Shown: positions 1 to 15,000 of the stretch, piece by piece
How positions within the stretch are numbered: the stretch's first letter is position 1
How the letters are laid out: each line of letters begins with the position of its first letter
DNA from: Balanoglossus misakiensis
Lineage: Eukaryota > Animalia > Hemichordata
Assembly: GCA_040954595.2 (NCBI GenBank)
Contig: CM082585.2
Location: 386,814 to 450,813 of the forward strand
Length of the DNA: 64,000 bases
Reading direction: 5' to 3'
The notes under the pieces: model-generated
What the model saw: the letters and a program-made list of their open reading frames with translations, nothing else
Databases searched by the model: none
Told to the model about the DNA's origin: nothing
Made by a program: the position numbers and the translations under genes

Positions 1-3000
1 TATTCCACTTAAATCTTGTAGAGAATTCGTTATTCCAAAACAAAACCTTGAAACTATACATAAGTCTTTTTAGTAAAACATGGCCCGTTATGTGACCATT
101 CTTTGAATTTCATTTATGATGTAAGAAATTAAATTATTTGCAATATTAAACTATCCCTTACAACATTCCAGCATAACTATTTGAATATTTGTTTTCATTC
201 TGTAACTGTTCAACTTAAATCTTGGAGAGAATTCGTTATTCCAAACAAAGCCTTGAAACTATACATAAGTCTTTTTAGTAAAACATGGCCCGTTATGTGA
301 GCATTCTTTGAATTCCATTTATGATGTAAGAAATTAAATTATTTGCAATATTAATCTATCCCTTACAACATTTCAGCATAACTCTTTCCATATTTGTTTT
401 CATTCTGTGACTGTTCCACTTAAATCTTGTAGAGAATTCGTTACTCCAAAACAAAGGCTTGAAACTATACATATCCTGTTACGTGACCTTTCTTTGAATT
501 CCATTTATGATGTAAGAAATTAAATTATTTGCAATATTAATCTATTCCTTACAACATTCCGGCATAACTCTTTCCATATTTGTTTTCATTCTGTGACTGT
601 TCCACTTAAATCTTGTAGAGAATTCGTTATTCCAAAACAAAGCCTTGAAACTATAACATAAGTCTTTTTAGTAAAACATATCCTGTCATGTGACCATTCT
701 TTGAATTCATTTTATGATGTAAGAAATTGAATTATTTGCAATATTAATCTATCCCTTACAACATTCCAGCATAACTCTTTCCATATTTGTTTTCATTCTG
801 TGACTATTCCACTTAAATCTTGTAGAGAATCCGTTATTCCAAAACAAAACCTTGAAACTATACATAAGTCTTTTTAGTAAAACATGGCCCGTTATGTGAC
901 CATTCTTTGAATTTCATTTATGATGTAAGAAATTAAATTATTTGCAATATTAAACTATCCCTTACAACATTCCAGCATAACTATTTGAATATTTGTTTTC
1001 ATTCTGTAACTGTTCAACTTAAATCTTGGAGAGAATTCGTGATTCCAAAACAAAGGCTTGAAACTATACATAAGTCTTTTTAGTAAAACATGGCCTGTTA
1101 TGTGACCATTCTTTGAATTCCATTTATGATGTAAGAAATTAAATTATTTGCAATATTAATCTATCCCTTACAACATTCCGACATATCTCTTTCCATATTT
1201 GTTTTCATTCTGTGACTGTTCCACTTAAATCTTGTAGAGAATTTGGTATTTCAACACAAATTCTTGAACCTATACATAAGTCTTTTTAGTAAAACATATC
1301 CAGTTATGTGACCATTCTTTGAATTCAATTTATGATGTAAGAAATTAAATTTTATGCAATATTAATCTATCCCTTACAACATTTCAGCATAACTCTTTCC
1401 ATATTTGTTTTCATTCTGTGACTGTTCCACTTAAATCTTGTAGAGAATTCGTTACTCCAAAACAAAGGCTTGAAACTATACATATCCTGTTACGTGACCT
1501 TTCTTTGAATTCCATTTATGATGTAAGAAATTAAATTATTTGCAATATTAATCTATTCCTTACAACATTCCGGCATAACTCTTTCCATATTTGTTTTCAT
1601 TCTGTGACTGTTCCACTTAAATCTTGTAGAGAATTCGTTATTCCAAAACAAAGCCTTGAAACTATAACATAAGTCTTTTTAGTAAAACATATCCTGTCAT
1701 GTGACCATTCTTTGAATTCATTTTATGATGTAAGAAATTGAATTATTTGCAATATTAATCTATCCCTTACAACATTCCAGCATAACTCTTTCCATATTTG
1801 TTTTCATTCTGTGACTATTCCACTTAAATCTTGTAGAGAATCCGTTATTCCAAAACAAAACCTTGAAACTATACATAAGTCTTTTTAGTAAAACATGGCC
1901 CGTTATGTGACCATTCTTTGAATTTCATTTATGATGTAAGAAATTAAATTATTTGCAATATTAAACTATCCCTTACAACATTCCAGCATAACTATTTGAA
2001 TATTTGTTTTCATTCTGTAACTGTTCAACTTAAATCTTGGAGAGAATTTGGTATTTCAACACAAATTCTTGAACCTATACATAAGTCTTTTTAGTAAAAC
2101 ATATCCAGTTATGTGACCATTCTTTGAATTCAATTTATGATGTAAGAAATTAAATTTTATGCAATATTAATCTATCCCTTACAACATTTCAGCATAACTC
2201 TTTCCATATTTGTTTTCATTCTGTGACTGTTCCACTTAAATCTTGTAGAGAATTCGTTACTCCAAAACAAAGGCTTGAAACTATACATATCCTGTTACGT
2301 GACCTTTCTTTGAATTCCATTTATGATGTAAGAAATTAAATTATTTGCAATATTAATCTATTCCTTACAACATTCCAGCATAACTCTTTCCATATTTGTT
2401 TTCATTCTGTGACTGTTCCACTTAAATCTTGTACAGAATTCGTTATTCCAAAACAAAGCCTTGAAACTATAATATAAGTCTTTTTCGTAAAACATATCCT
2501 GTTATGTGACCATTCTTTGAATTCATTTTATGATGTAAGAAATTAAATTATTTGCAATATTAATCTATCCCTTACAACATTCCAGCATAACTCTTTCCAT
2601 ATTTGTTTTCATTATGTGACTATTCCACTTAAATCTTGTAGAGAATTCGTTATTCCAAAACAAAGCCTTGAAACTATACATAAGTCTTTTTGTAAAACAT
2701 GGCCCGTTATGTGACCATTCTTTGGTTTCCATTTATGATGTAAGAAATTAAATTATTTGCAATATTAATCTATCCCTTACAACATTCCAGCATAACTCTT
2801 TCCATATTTGTTTTCATTCTGTGACTATTCCACTTAAATCTTGTAGAGAATTCGTTATTCCAAAACAAAACCTTGAAACTATACATAAGTCTTTTTAGTA
2901 AAACATGGCCCGTTATGTGACCATTCTTTGAATTTCATTTATGATGTAAGAAATTAAATTATTTGCAATATTAAACTATCCCTTACAACATTCCAGCATA

Positions 3001-6000
3001 ACTATTTGAATATTTGTTTTCATTCTGTAACTGTTCAACTTAAATCTTGGAGAGAATTCGTTATTCCAAACAAAGCCTTGAAACTATACATAAGTCTTTT
3101 TAGTAAAACATGGCCCGTTATGTGAGCATTCTTTGAATTCCATTTATGATGTAAGAAATTAAATTATTTGCAATATTAATCTATCCCTTACAACATTTCA
3201 GCATAACTCTTTCCATATTTGTTTTCATTCTGTGACTGTTCCACTTAAATCTTGTAGAGAATTCGTTACTCCAAAACAAAGGCTTGAAACTATACATATC
3301 CTGTTACGTGACCTTTCTTTGAATTCCATTTATGATGTAAGAAATTAAATTATTTGCAATATTAATCGATTCCTTACAACATTCCGGCATAACTCTTTCC
3401 ATATTTGTTTTCATTCTGTGACTGTTCCACTTAAATCTTGTAGAGAATTCGTTATTCCAAAACAAAGCCTTGAAAGTATAACATAAGTCTTTTTAGTAAA
3501 ACATATCCTGTTATGTGACCATTCTTTGAATTCATTTTATGATGTAAGAAATTAAATTATTTGCAATATTAGTCTATCCCTTACAACATTCCAGCATAAC
3601 TCTTTCCATATTTGTTTTCATTCTGTGACTATTCCACTTAAATCTTGTAGAGAATTCGTTATTCCAAAACAAAACCTTGAAACTATACATAAGTCTTTTT
3701 AGTAAAACATGGCCCGTTATGTGACCATTCTTTGAATTTCATTTATGATTTAAGAAATTAAATTATTTGCAATATTAAACTATCCCTTACAACATTCCAG
3801 CATAACTATTTGAATATTTGTTTTCATTCTGTAACTGTTCAACTTAAATCTTGGAGAGAATTCGTTATTCCAAACAAAGCCTTGAAACTATACATAAGTC
3901 TTTTTAGTAAAACATGGCCCGTTATGTGACCATTCTTTGAATTCCATTTATGATGTAAGAAATTAAATTTTATGCAATATTAATCTATTCCTTACAACAT
4001 TCCGGCATAACTCTTTCCATATTTGTTTTCATTCTGTGACTGTTCCACTTAAATCTTGTAGAGAATTCGTTATTCCAAAACAAAGCCTTGAAAGTATAAC
4101 ATAAGTCTTTTTAGTAAAACATATCCTGTTATGTGACCATTCTTTGAATTTCATTTATGATGTAAGAAATTAAATTATTTGCAATATTAATCTATCCCTT
4201 ACAACATTCCAGCATAACTCTTTCCATATTTGTTTTCATTCTGTGACTATTCCACTTAAATCTTGTAGAGAATTCGTTATTCCAAAACAAAACCTTGAAA
4301 CTATACATAAGTCTTTTTAGTAAAACATGGCCCGTTATGTGACCATTCTTTGAATTCCATTTATGATGTAAGAAATTAAATTATTTGCAATATTAATCTA
4401 CCCTATCCCTTACAACAATCCGACATATCTCTTTCCATATTTGTTTTCATTCTGTAACTGTTCCACTTAAATCTTGTAGAGAATTTGGTATTTCAACACA
4501 AATTCTTGAACTTATACATAAGTCTTTTTAGTAAAACATATCCAGTTATGTGACCATTCTTTGAATTCCATTTATGATGTAAGAAATTAAATTTTATGCA
4601 ATATTAATCTATCCCTTACAACATTTCAGCATAACTCTTTCCATATTTGTTTTCATTCTGTGACTGTTCCACTTAAATCTTGTAGAGAATTCGTTACTCC
4701 AAAACAAAGGCTTGAAACTATACATATCCTGTTACGTGACCTTTCTTTGAATTCCATTTATGATGTAAGAAATTAAATTTTATGCAATATTAATCTATCC
4801 CTTACAACATTTCAGCATAACTCTTTCCATATTTCTTTTCATTCTGTGACTGTTCCACTTAAATCTTGTAGAGAATTCGTTACTCCAAAACAAAGGCTTG
4901 AAACTATACATATCCTGTTACGTGACCTTTCTTTGAATTCCATTTATGATGTAAGAAATTAAATTATTTGCAATATTAATCTATTCCTTACAACATTCTG
5001 GCATAACTCTTTCCATATTTGTTTTCATTCTGTGACTGTTCCACTTAAATCTTGTAGAGAATTCGTTATTCCAAAACAAAGCCTTGAAACTATAACATAA
5101 GTCTTTTTCGTAAAACATATCCTGTTATGTGACCATTCTTTGAATTCATTTTATGATGTAAGAAATTAAATTATTTGCAATATTAATCTATCCCTTACAA
5201 CATTCCAGCATAACTATTTGAATATTTGTTTTCATTCTGTAACTGTTCAACTTAAATCTTGGAGAGAATTCGTTATTCCAAAACAAAGCCTTGAAACTAT
5301 ACATAAGTCTTTTTAGTGAAACATGGCCCGTTATGTGACCATTCTTTGAATTCCATTTATGATGTAAGAAATTAAATTATTTGCAATATTAATCTATCCC
5401 TTACAACATTCCGACATATCTCTTTCCATATTTGTTTTCATTCTGTGACTGTTCCACTTAAATCTTGTAGAGAATTTGGTATTTCAACACAAATTCTTGA
5501 ACTTATACATAAGTCGTTTTAGTGAAACATGGCCCGTTATGTGACCATTCTTTGAATTCCATTTATGATGTAAGAAATTAAATTATTTGCAATATTAATC
5601 TATCCCTTACAACATTTCAGCATAACTCCTTCCATATTTGTTTTCATTCTGAGACTGTTCCACTTAAATCTTGTAGAGAATTCGTTACTCCAAAACAAAG
5701 GCTTGAAACTATACATATCCTGTTACGTGACCTTTCTTTGAATTCCATTTATGATGTAAGAAATTAAATTATTTGCAATATTAATCTATTCCTTACAACA
5801 TTCCGGCATAACTCTTTCCATATTTGTTTTCATTCTGTGACTGTTCCACTTAAATCTTGTAGAGAATTCGTTATTCCAAAACAAAGCCTTGAAACTATAA
5901 CATAAGTCTTTTTAGTAAAACATATCCTGTTATGTGACCATTCTTTGAATTCATTTTATGATGTAAGAAATTAAATTATTTGCAATATTAATCTATCCCT

Positions 6001-9000
6001 TACAACATTCCAGCATAACTCTTTCCATATTTGTTTTCATTCTGTGACTATTCCACTTAAATCTTGTAGCGAATTCGTTATTCCAAAACAAAACCTTGAA
6101 ACTATACATAAGTCTTTTTAGTAAAACATGGCCCGTTATGTGACCATTCTTTGAATTTCATTTATGATGTAAGAAATTAAATTATTTGCAATATTAAACT
6201 ATCCCTTACAACATTCCAGCATAACTATTTGAATATTTGTTTTCATTCTGTAACTGTTCAACTTAAATCTTGGAGAGAATTCGTTATTCCAAAACAAAGC
6301 CTTGAAACTATACATAAGTCTTTTTAGTAAAACATGGCCCGTTATGTGACCATTCTTTGAATTCCATTTATGATGTAAGAAATTAAATTTTATGCAATAT
6401 TAATCTATCCCTTACAACATTTCAGCATAACTCTTTCCATATTTCTTTTCATTCTGTGACTGTTCCACTTGTAGAGAATTCGTTACTCCAAAACAAAGGC
6501 TTGAAATTATACATATCCTGTTACGTGACCTTTCTTTGAATTCCATTTATGATGTAAGAAATTAAATTATTTGCAATAATAATCTATTCCTTACATCATT
6601 CTGGCATAACTCGTTCCATATTTGTTTTCATTCTGTGACTGTTCCACTTAAATCTTGTACAGAATTCGTTATTCCAAAACAAAGCCTTGAAACTATAATA
6701 TAAGTCTTTTTCGTAAAACATATCCTGTTATGTGACCATTCTTTGAATTCATTTTATGATGTAAGAAATTAAATTATTTGCAATATTAATCTATCCCTTA
6801 CAACATTCCAGCATAACTCTTTCCATATTTGTTTTCATTATGTGACTATTCCACTTAAATCTTGTAGAGAATTCGTTATTCCAAAACAAAGCCTTGAAAC
6901 TATACATAAGTCTTTTTGTAAAACATGGCCCGTTATGTGACCATTCTTTGGTTTCCATTTATGATGTAAGAAATTAAATTATTTGCAATATTAATCTATC
7001 CCTTACAACATTCCAGCATAACTCTTTCCATATTTGTTTTCATTCTGTGACTATTCCACTTAAATCTTGTAGAGAATTCGTTATTCCAAAACAAAACCTT
7101 GAAACTATACATAAGTCTTTTTAGTAAAACATGGCCCGTTATGTGACCATTCTTTGAATTTCATTTATGATGTAAGAAATTAAATTATTTGCAATATTAA
7201 ACTATCCCTTACAACATTCCAGCATAACTATTTGAATATTTGTTTTCATTCTGTAACTGTTCAACTTAAATCTTGGAGAGAATTCGTTATTCCAAACAAA
7301 GCCTTGAAACTATACATAAGTCTTTTTAGTAAAACATGGCCCGTTATGTGAGCATTCTTTGAATTCCATTTATGATGTAAGAAATTAAATTATTTGCAAT
7401 ATTAATCTATCCCTTACAACATTTCAGCATAACTCTTTCCATATTTGTTTTCATTCTGTGACTGTTCCACTTAAATCTTGTAGAGAATTCGTTACTCCAA
7501 AACAAAGGCTTGAAACTATACATATCCTGTTACGTGACCTTTCTTTGAATTCCATTTATGATGTAAGAAATTAAATTATTTGCAATATTAATCTATTCCT
7601 TACAACATTCCGGCATAACTCTTTCCATATTTGTTTTCATTCTGTGACTGTTCCACTTAAATCTTGTAGAGAATTCGTTATTCCAAAACAAAGCCTTGAA
7701 ACTATAACATAAGTCTTTTTAGTAAAACATATCCTGTCATGTGACCATTCTTTGAATTCATTTTATTATGTAAGAAATTGAATTATTTGCAATATTAATC
7801 TATCCCTTACAACATTCCAGCATAACTCTTTCCATATTTGTTTTCATTCTGTGACTATTCCACTTAAATCTTGTAGAGAATCCGTTATTCCAAAACAAAA
7901 CCTTGAAACTATACATAAGTCTTTTTAGTAAAACATGGCCCGTTATGTGACCATTCTTTGAATTTCATTTATGATGTAAGAAATTAAATTATTTGCAATA
8001 TTAAACTATCCCTTACAACATTCCAGCATAACTATTTGAATATTTGTTTTCATTCTGTAACTGTTCAACTTAAATCTTGGAGAGAATTCGTGATTCCAAA
8101 ACAAAGGCTTGAAACTATACATAAGTCTTTTTAGTAAAACATGGCCTGTTATGTGACCATTCTTTGAATTCCATTTATGATGTAAGAAATTAAATTATTT
8201 GCAATATTAATCTATCCCTTACAACATTCCGACATATCTCTTTCCATATTTGTTTTCATTCTGTGACTGTTCCACTTAAATCTTGTAGAGAATTTGGTAT
8301 TTCAACACAAATTCTTGAACCTATACATAAGTCTTTTTAGTAAAACATATCCAGTTATGTGACCATTCTTTGAATTCAATTTATGATGTAAGAAATTAAA
8401 TTTTATGCAATATTAATCTATCCCTTACAACATTTCAGCATAACTCTTTCCATATTTGTTTTCATTCTGTGACTGTTCCACTTAAATCTTGTAGAGAATT
8501 CTTACTCCAAAACAAAGGCTTGAAACTATACATATCCTGTTACGTGACCTTTCTTTGAATTCCATTTATGATGTAAGAAATTAAATTATTTGCAATATTA
8601 ATCTATTCCTTACAACATTCCAGCATAACTCTTTCCATATTTGTTTTCATTCTGTGACTGTTCCACTTAAATCTTGTAGAGAATTCGTTATTCCAAAACA
8701 AAGCCTTGAAACTATAACATAAGTCTTTTTAGTAAAACATATCCTGTCATGTGACCATTCTTTGAATTCATTTTATGATGTAAGAAATTGAATTATTTGC
8801 AATATTAATCTATCCCTTACAACATTCCAGCATAACTCTTTCCATATTTGTTTTCATTCTGTGACTATTCCACTTAAATCTTGTAGAGAATCCGTTATTC
8901 CAAAACAAAACCTTGAAACTATACATAAGTCTTTTTAGTAAAACATGGCCCGTTATGTGACCATTCTTTGAATTTCATTTATGATGTAAGAAATTAAATT

Positions 9001-12000
9001 ATTTGCAATATTAAACTATCCCTTACAACATTCCAGCATAACTATTTGAATATTTGTTTTCATTCTGTAACTGTTCAACTTAAATCTTGGAGAGAATTCG
9101 TTATTCCAAACAAAGCCTTGAAACTATACATAAGTCTTTTTAGTAAAACATGGCCCGTTATGTGACCATTCTTTGAATTCCATTTATGATGTAAGAAATT
9201 AAATTTTATGCAATATTAATCTATCCCTTACAACATTTCAGCATAACTCTTTCCATATTTCTTTTCATTCTGTGACTGTTCCACTTAAATCTTGTAGAGA
9301 ATTCGTTACTCCAAAACAAAGGCTTGAAATTATACATATCCTGTTACGTGACCTTTCTTTGAATTCCATTTATGATGTAAGAAATTAAATTATTTGCAAT
9401 ATTAATCTATTCCTTACATCATTCTGGCATAACTCTTTCCATATTTGTTTTCATTCTGTGACTGTTCCACTTAAATCTTGTACAGAATTCGTTATTCCAA
9501 AACAAAGCCTTGAAACTATAATATAAGTCTTTTTCGTAAAACATATCCTGTTATGTGACCATTCTTTGAATTCATTTTATGATGTAAGAAATTAAATTAT
9601 TTGCAATATTAATCTATCCCTTACAACATTCCAGCATAACTCTTTCCATATTTGTTTTCATTATGTGACTATTCCACTTAAATCTTGTAGAGAATTCGTT
9701 ATTCCAAAACAAAGCCTTGAAACTATACATAAGTCTTTTTGTAAAACATGGCCCGTTATGTGACCATTCTTTGGTTTCCATTTATGATGTAAGAAATTAA
9801 ATTATTTGCAATATTAATCTATCCCTTACAACATTCCAGCATAACTCTTTCCATATTTGTTTTCATTCTGTGACTATTCCACTTAAATCTTGTAGAGAAT
9901 TCGTTATTCCAAAACAAAACCTTGAAACTATACATAAGTCTTTTTAGTAAAACATGGCCCGTTATGTGACCATTCTTTGAATTTCATTTATGATGTAAGA
10001 AATTAAATTATTTGCAATATTAAACTATCCCTTACAACATTCCAGCATAACTATTTGCATATTTGTTTTCATTCTGTAACTGTTCAACTTAAATCTTGGA
10101 GAGAATTCGTTATTCCAAACAAAGCCTTGAAACTATACATAAGTCTTTTTAGTAAAACATGGCCCGTTATGTGAGCATTCTTTGAATTCCATTTATGATG
10201 TAAGAAATTAAATTATTTGCAATATTAATCTATCCCTTACAACATTTCAGCATAACTCTTTCCATATTTGTTTTCATTCTGTGACTGTTCCACTTAAATC
10301 TTGTAGAGAATTCGTTACTCCAAAACAAAGGCTTGAAACTATACATATCCTGTTACGTGACCTTTCTTTGAATTCCATTTATGATGTAAGAAATTAAATT
10401 ATTTGCAATATTAATCTATTCCTTACAACATTCCAGCATAACTCTTTCCATATTTGTTTTCATTCTGTGACTGTTCCACTTAAATCTTGTAGAGAATTCG
10501 TTATTCCAAAACAAAGCCTTGAAACTATAACATAAGTCTTTTTAGTAAAACATATCCTGTCATGTGACCATTCTTTGAATTCATTTTATGATGTAAGAAA
10601 TTGAATTATTTGCAATATTAATCTATCCCTTACAACATTCCAGCATAACTCTTTCCATATTTGTTTTCATTCTGTGACTATTCCACTTAAATCTTGTAGA
10701 GAATCCGTTATTCCAAAACAAAACCTTGAAACTATACATAAGTCTTTTTAGTAAAACATGGCCCGTTATGTGACCATTCTTTGAATTTCATTTATGATGT
10801 AAGAAATTAAATTATTTGCAATATTAAACTATCCCTTACAACATTCCAGCATAACTATTTGAATATTTGTTTTCATTCTGTAACTGTTCAACTTAAATCT
10901 TGGAGAGAATTCGTTATTCCAAACAAAGCCTTGAAACTATACATAAGTCTTTTTAGTAAAACATGGCCCGTTATGTGACCATTCTTTGAATTCCATTTAT
11001 GATGTAAGAAATTAAATTTTATGCAATATTAATCTATCCCTTACAACATTTCAGCATAACTCTTTCCATATTTCTTTTCATTCTGTGACTGTTCCACTTA
11101 AATCTTGTAGAGAATTCGTTACTCCAAAACAAAGGCTTGAAATTATACATATCCTGTTACGTGACCTTTCTTTGAATTCCATTTATGATGTAAGAAATTA
11201 AATTATTTGCAATATTAATCTATTCCTTACATCATTCTGGCATAACTCTTTCCATATTTGTTTTCATTCTGTGACTGTTCCACTTAAATCTTGTACAGAA
11301 TTCGTTATTCCAAAACAAAGCCTTGAAACTATAATATAAGTCTTTTTCGTAAAACATATCCTGTTATGTGACCATTCTTTGAATTCATTTTATGATGTAA
11401 GAAATTAAATTATTTGCAATATTAATCTATCCCTTACAACATTCCAGCATAACTCTTTCCATATTTGTTTTCATTATGTGACTATTCCACTTAAATCTTG
11501 TAGAGAATTCGTTATTCCAAAACAAAGCCTTGAAACTATACATAAGTCTTTTTGTAAAACATGGCCCGTTATGTGACCATTCTTTGGTTTCCATTTATGA
11601 TGTAAGAAATTAAATTATTTGCAATATTAATCTATCCCTTACAACATTCCAGCATAACTCTTTCCATATTTGTTTTCATTCTGTGACTATTCCACTTAAA
11701 TCTTGTAGAGAATTCGTTATTCCAAAACAAAACCTTGAAACTATACATAAGTCTTTTTAGTAAAACATGGCCCGTTATGTGACCATTCTTTGAATTTCAT
11801 TTATGATGTAAGAAATTAAATTATTTGCAATATTAAACTATCCCTTACAACATTCCAGCATAACTATTTGCATATTTGTTTTCATTCTGTAACTGTTCAA
11901 CTTAAATCTTGGAGAGAATTCGTTATTCCAAACAAAGCCTTGAAACTATACATAAGTCTTTTTAGTAAAACATGGCCCGTTATGTGAGCATTCTTTGAAT

Positions 12001-15000
12001 TCCATTTATGATGTAAGAAATTAAATTATTTGCAATATTAATCTATCCCTTACAACATTTCAGCATAACTCTTTCCATATTTGTTTTCATTCTGTGACTG
12101 TTCCACTTAAATCTTGTAGAGAATTCGTTACTCCAAAACAAAGGCTTGAAACTATACATATCCTGTTACGTGACCTTTCTTTGAATTCCATTTATGATGT
12201 AAGAAATTAAATTATTTGCAATATTAATCGATTCCTTACAACATTCCGGCATAACTCTTTCCATATTTGTTTTCATTCTGTGACTGTTCCACTTAAATCT
12301 TGTAGAGAATTCGTTATTCCAAAACAAAGCCTTGAAAGTATAACATAAGTCTTTTTAGTAAAACATATCCTGTTATGTGACCATTCTTTGAATTCATTTT
12401 ATGATGTAAGAAATTAAATTATTTGCAATATTAGTCTATCCCTTACAACATTCCAGCATAACTCTTTCCATATTTGTTTTCATTCTGTGACTATTCCACT
12501 TAAATCTTGTAGAGAATTCGTTATTCCAAAACAAAACCTTGAAACTATACATAAGTCTTTTTAGTAAAACATGGCCCGTTATGTGACCATTCTTTGAATT
12601 TCATTTATGATTTAAGAAATTAAATTATTTGCAATATTAAACTATCCCTTACAACATTCCAGCATAACTATTTGAATATTTGTTTTCATTCTGTAACTGT
12701 TCAACTTAAATCTTGGAGAGAATTCGTTATTCCAAACAAAGCCTTGAAACTATACATAAGTCTTTTTAGTAAAACATGGCCCGTTATGTGACCATTCTTT
12801 AAATTCCATTTATGATGTAAGAAATTAAATTTTATGCAATATTAATCTATTCCTTACAACATTCCGGCATAACTCTTTCCATATTTGTTTTCATTCTGTG
12901 ACTGTTCCACTTAAATCTTGTAGAGAATTCGTTATTCCAAAACAAAGCCTTGAAAGTATAACATAAGTCTTTTTAGTAAAACATATCCTGTTATGTGACC
13001 ATTCTTTGAATTTCATTTATGATGTAAGAAATTAAATTATTTGCAATATTAATCTATCCCTTACAACATTCCAGCATAACTCTTTCCATATTTGTTTTCA
13101 TTCTGTGACTATTCCACTTAAATCTTGTAGAGAATTCGTTATTCCAAAACAAAACCTTGAAACTATACATAAGTCTTTTTAGTAAAACATGGCCCGTTAT
13201 GTGACCATTCTTTGAATTCCATTTATGATGTAAGAAATTAAATTATTTGCAATATTAATCTACCCTATCCCTTAAAACAATCCGACATATCTCTTTCCAT
13301 ATTTGTTTTCATTCTGTAACTGTTCCACTTAAATCTTGTAGAGAATTTGGTATTTCAACACAAATTCTTGAACTTATACATAAGTCTTTTTAGTAAAACA
13401 TATCCAGTTATGTGACCATTCTTTGAATTCCATTTATGATGTAAGAAATTAAATTTTATGCAATATTAATCTATCCCTTACAACATTTCAGCATAACTCT
13501 TTCCATATTTGTTTTCATTCTGTGACTGTTCCACTTAAATCTTGTAGAGAATTCGTTACTCCAAAACAAAGGCTTGAAACTATACATATCCTGTTACGTG
13601 ACCTTTCTTTGAATTCCATTTATGATGTAAGAAATTAAATTTTATGCAATATTAATCTATCCCTTACAACATTTCAGCATAACTCTTTCCATATTTGTTT
13701 TCATTCTGTGACTGTTCCACTTAAATCTTGTAGAGAATTCGTTACTCCAAAACAAAGGCTTGAAACTATACATATCCTGTTACGTGACCTTTCTTTGAAT
13801 TCCATTTATGATGTAAGAAATTAAATTATTTGCAATATTAATCTATTCCTTACAACATTCTGGCATAACTCTTTCCATATTTGTTTTCATTCTGTGACTG
13901 TTCCACTTAAATCTTGTAGAGAATTCGTTATTCCAAAACAAAGCCTTGAAACTATAACATAAGTCTTTTTCGTAAAACATATCCTGTTATGTGACCATTC
14001 TTTGAATTCATTTTATGATGTAAGAAATTAAATTATTTGCAATATTAATCTATCCCTTACAACATTCCAGCATAACTCTTTCCATATTTGTTTTCATTCT
14101 GTGACTATTCCACTTAAATCTTGTAGAGAATTCGTTATTCCAAAACAAAGCCTTGAAACTATACATAAGTCTTTTTGTAAAACATGGCCCGTTATGTGAC
14201 CATTCTTTGGTTTCCATTTATGATGTAAGAAATTAAATTATTTGCAATAATTATCTATCCCTTACAACATTCCGGCATAACGCTTTCCATATTTGTTTTC
14301 ATTCTGTGCCTGTTCCACTTAAATCTTGTAGAGAATTCGTTATTCCAAAACAAAGCCTTCAAACTATACATATTAAGTCTTTTTAGTAAAACATGGCCCG
14401 TTATTTGACCATTCTTTGAATTTCATTTATGATGTAAGAAATTAAATTATTTGCAATATTAAACTATCCCTTACAACATTTCAGCATAACTATTTGAATA
14501 TTTGTTTTCATTCTGTAACTGTTCAACTTAAATCTTGGAGAGAATTCGTTATTCCAAACAAAGCCTTGAAACTATACATAAGTCTTTTTAGTAAAACATG
14601 GCCCGTTATGTGAGCATTCTTTGAATTCCATTTATGATGTAAGAAATTAAATTATTTGCAATATTAATCTATCCCTTACAACATTTCAGCATAACTCTTT
14701 CCATATTTGTTTTCATTCTGTGACTGTTCCACTTAAATCTTGTAGAGAATTCGTTACTCCAAAACAGAGGCCTGAAACTATACATATCCTGTTACGTGAC
14801 CTTTCTTTGAATTCCATTTATGATGTAAGAAATTAAATTATTTGCAATATTAATCTATTCCTTACAACATTCCGGCATAACTCTTTCCATATTTGTTTTC
14901 ATTCTGTGACTGTTCCACTTAAATCTTGTAGAGAATTCGTTATTCCAAAACAAAGCCTTGAAACTATAACATAAGTCTTTTTAGTAAAACATATCATGTT

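Noticed and set aside
24-100. CENP-B box in the monomer (ttcgtt on +, aacggg on -)
   Set aside because: The TTCG and CGGG parts are on opposite strands and never form NTTCGNNNNANNCGGGN.
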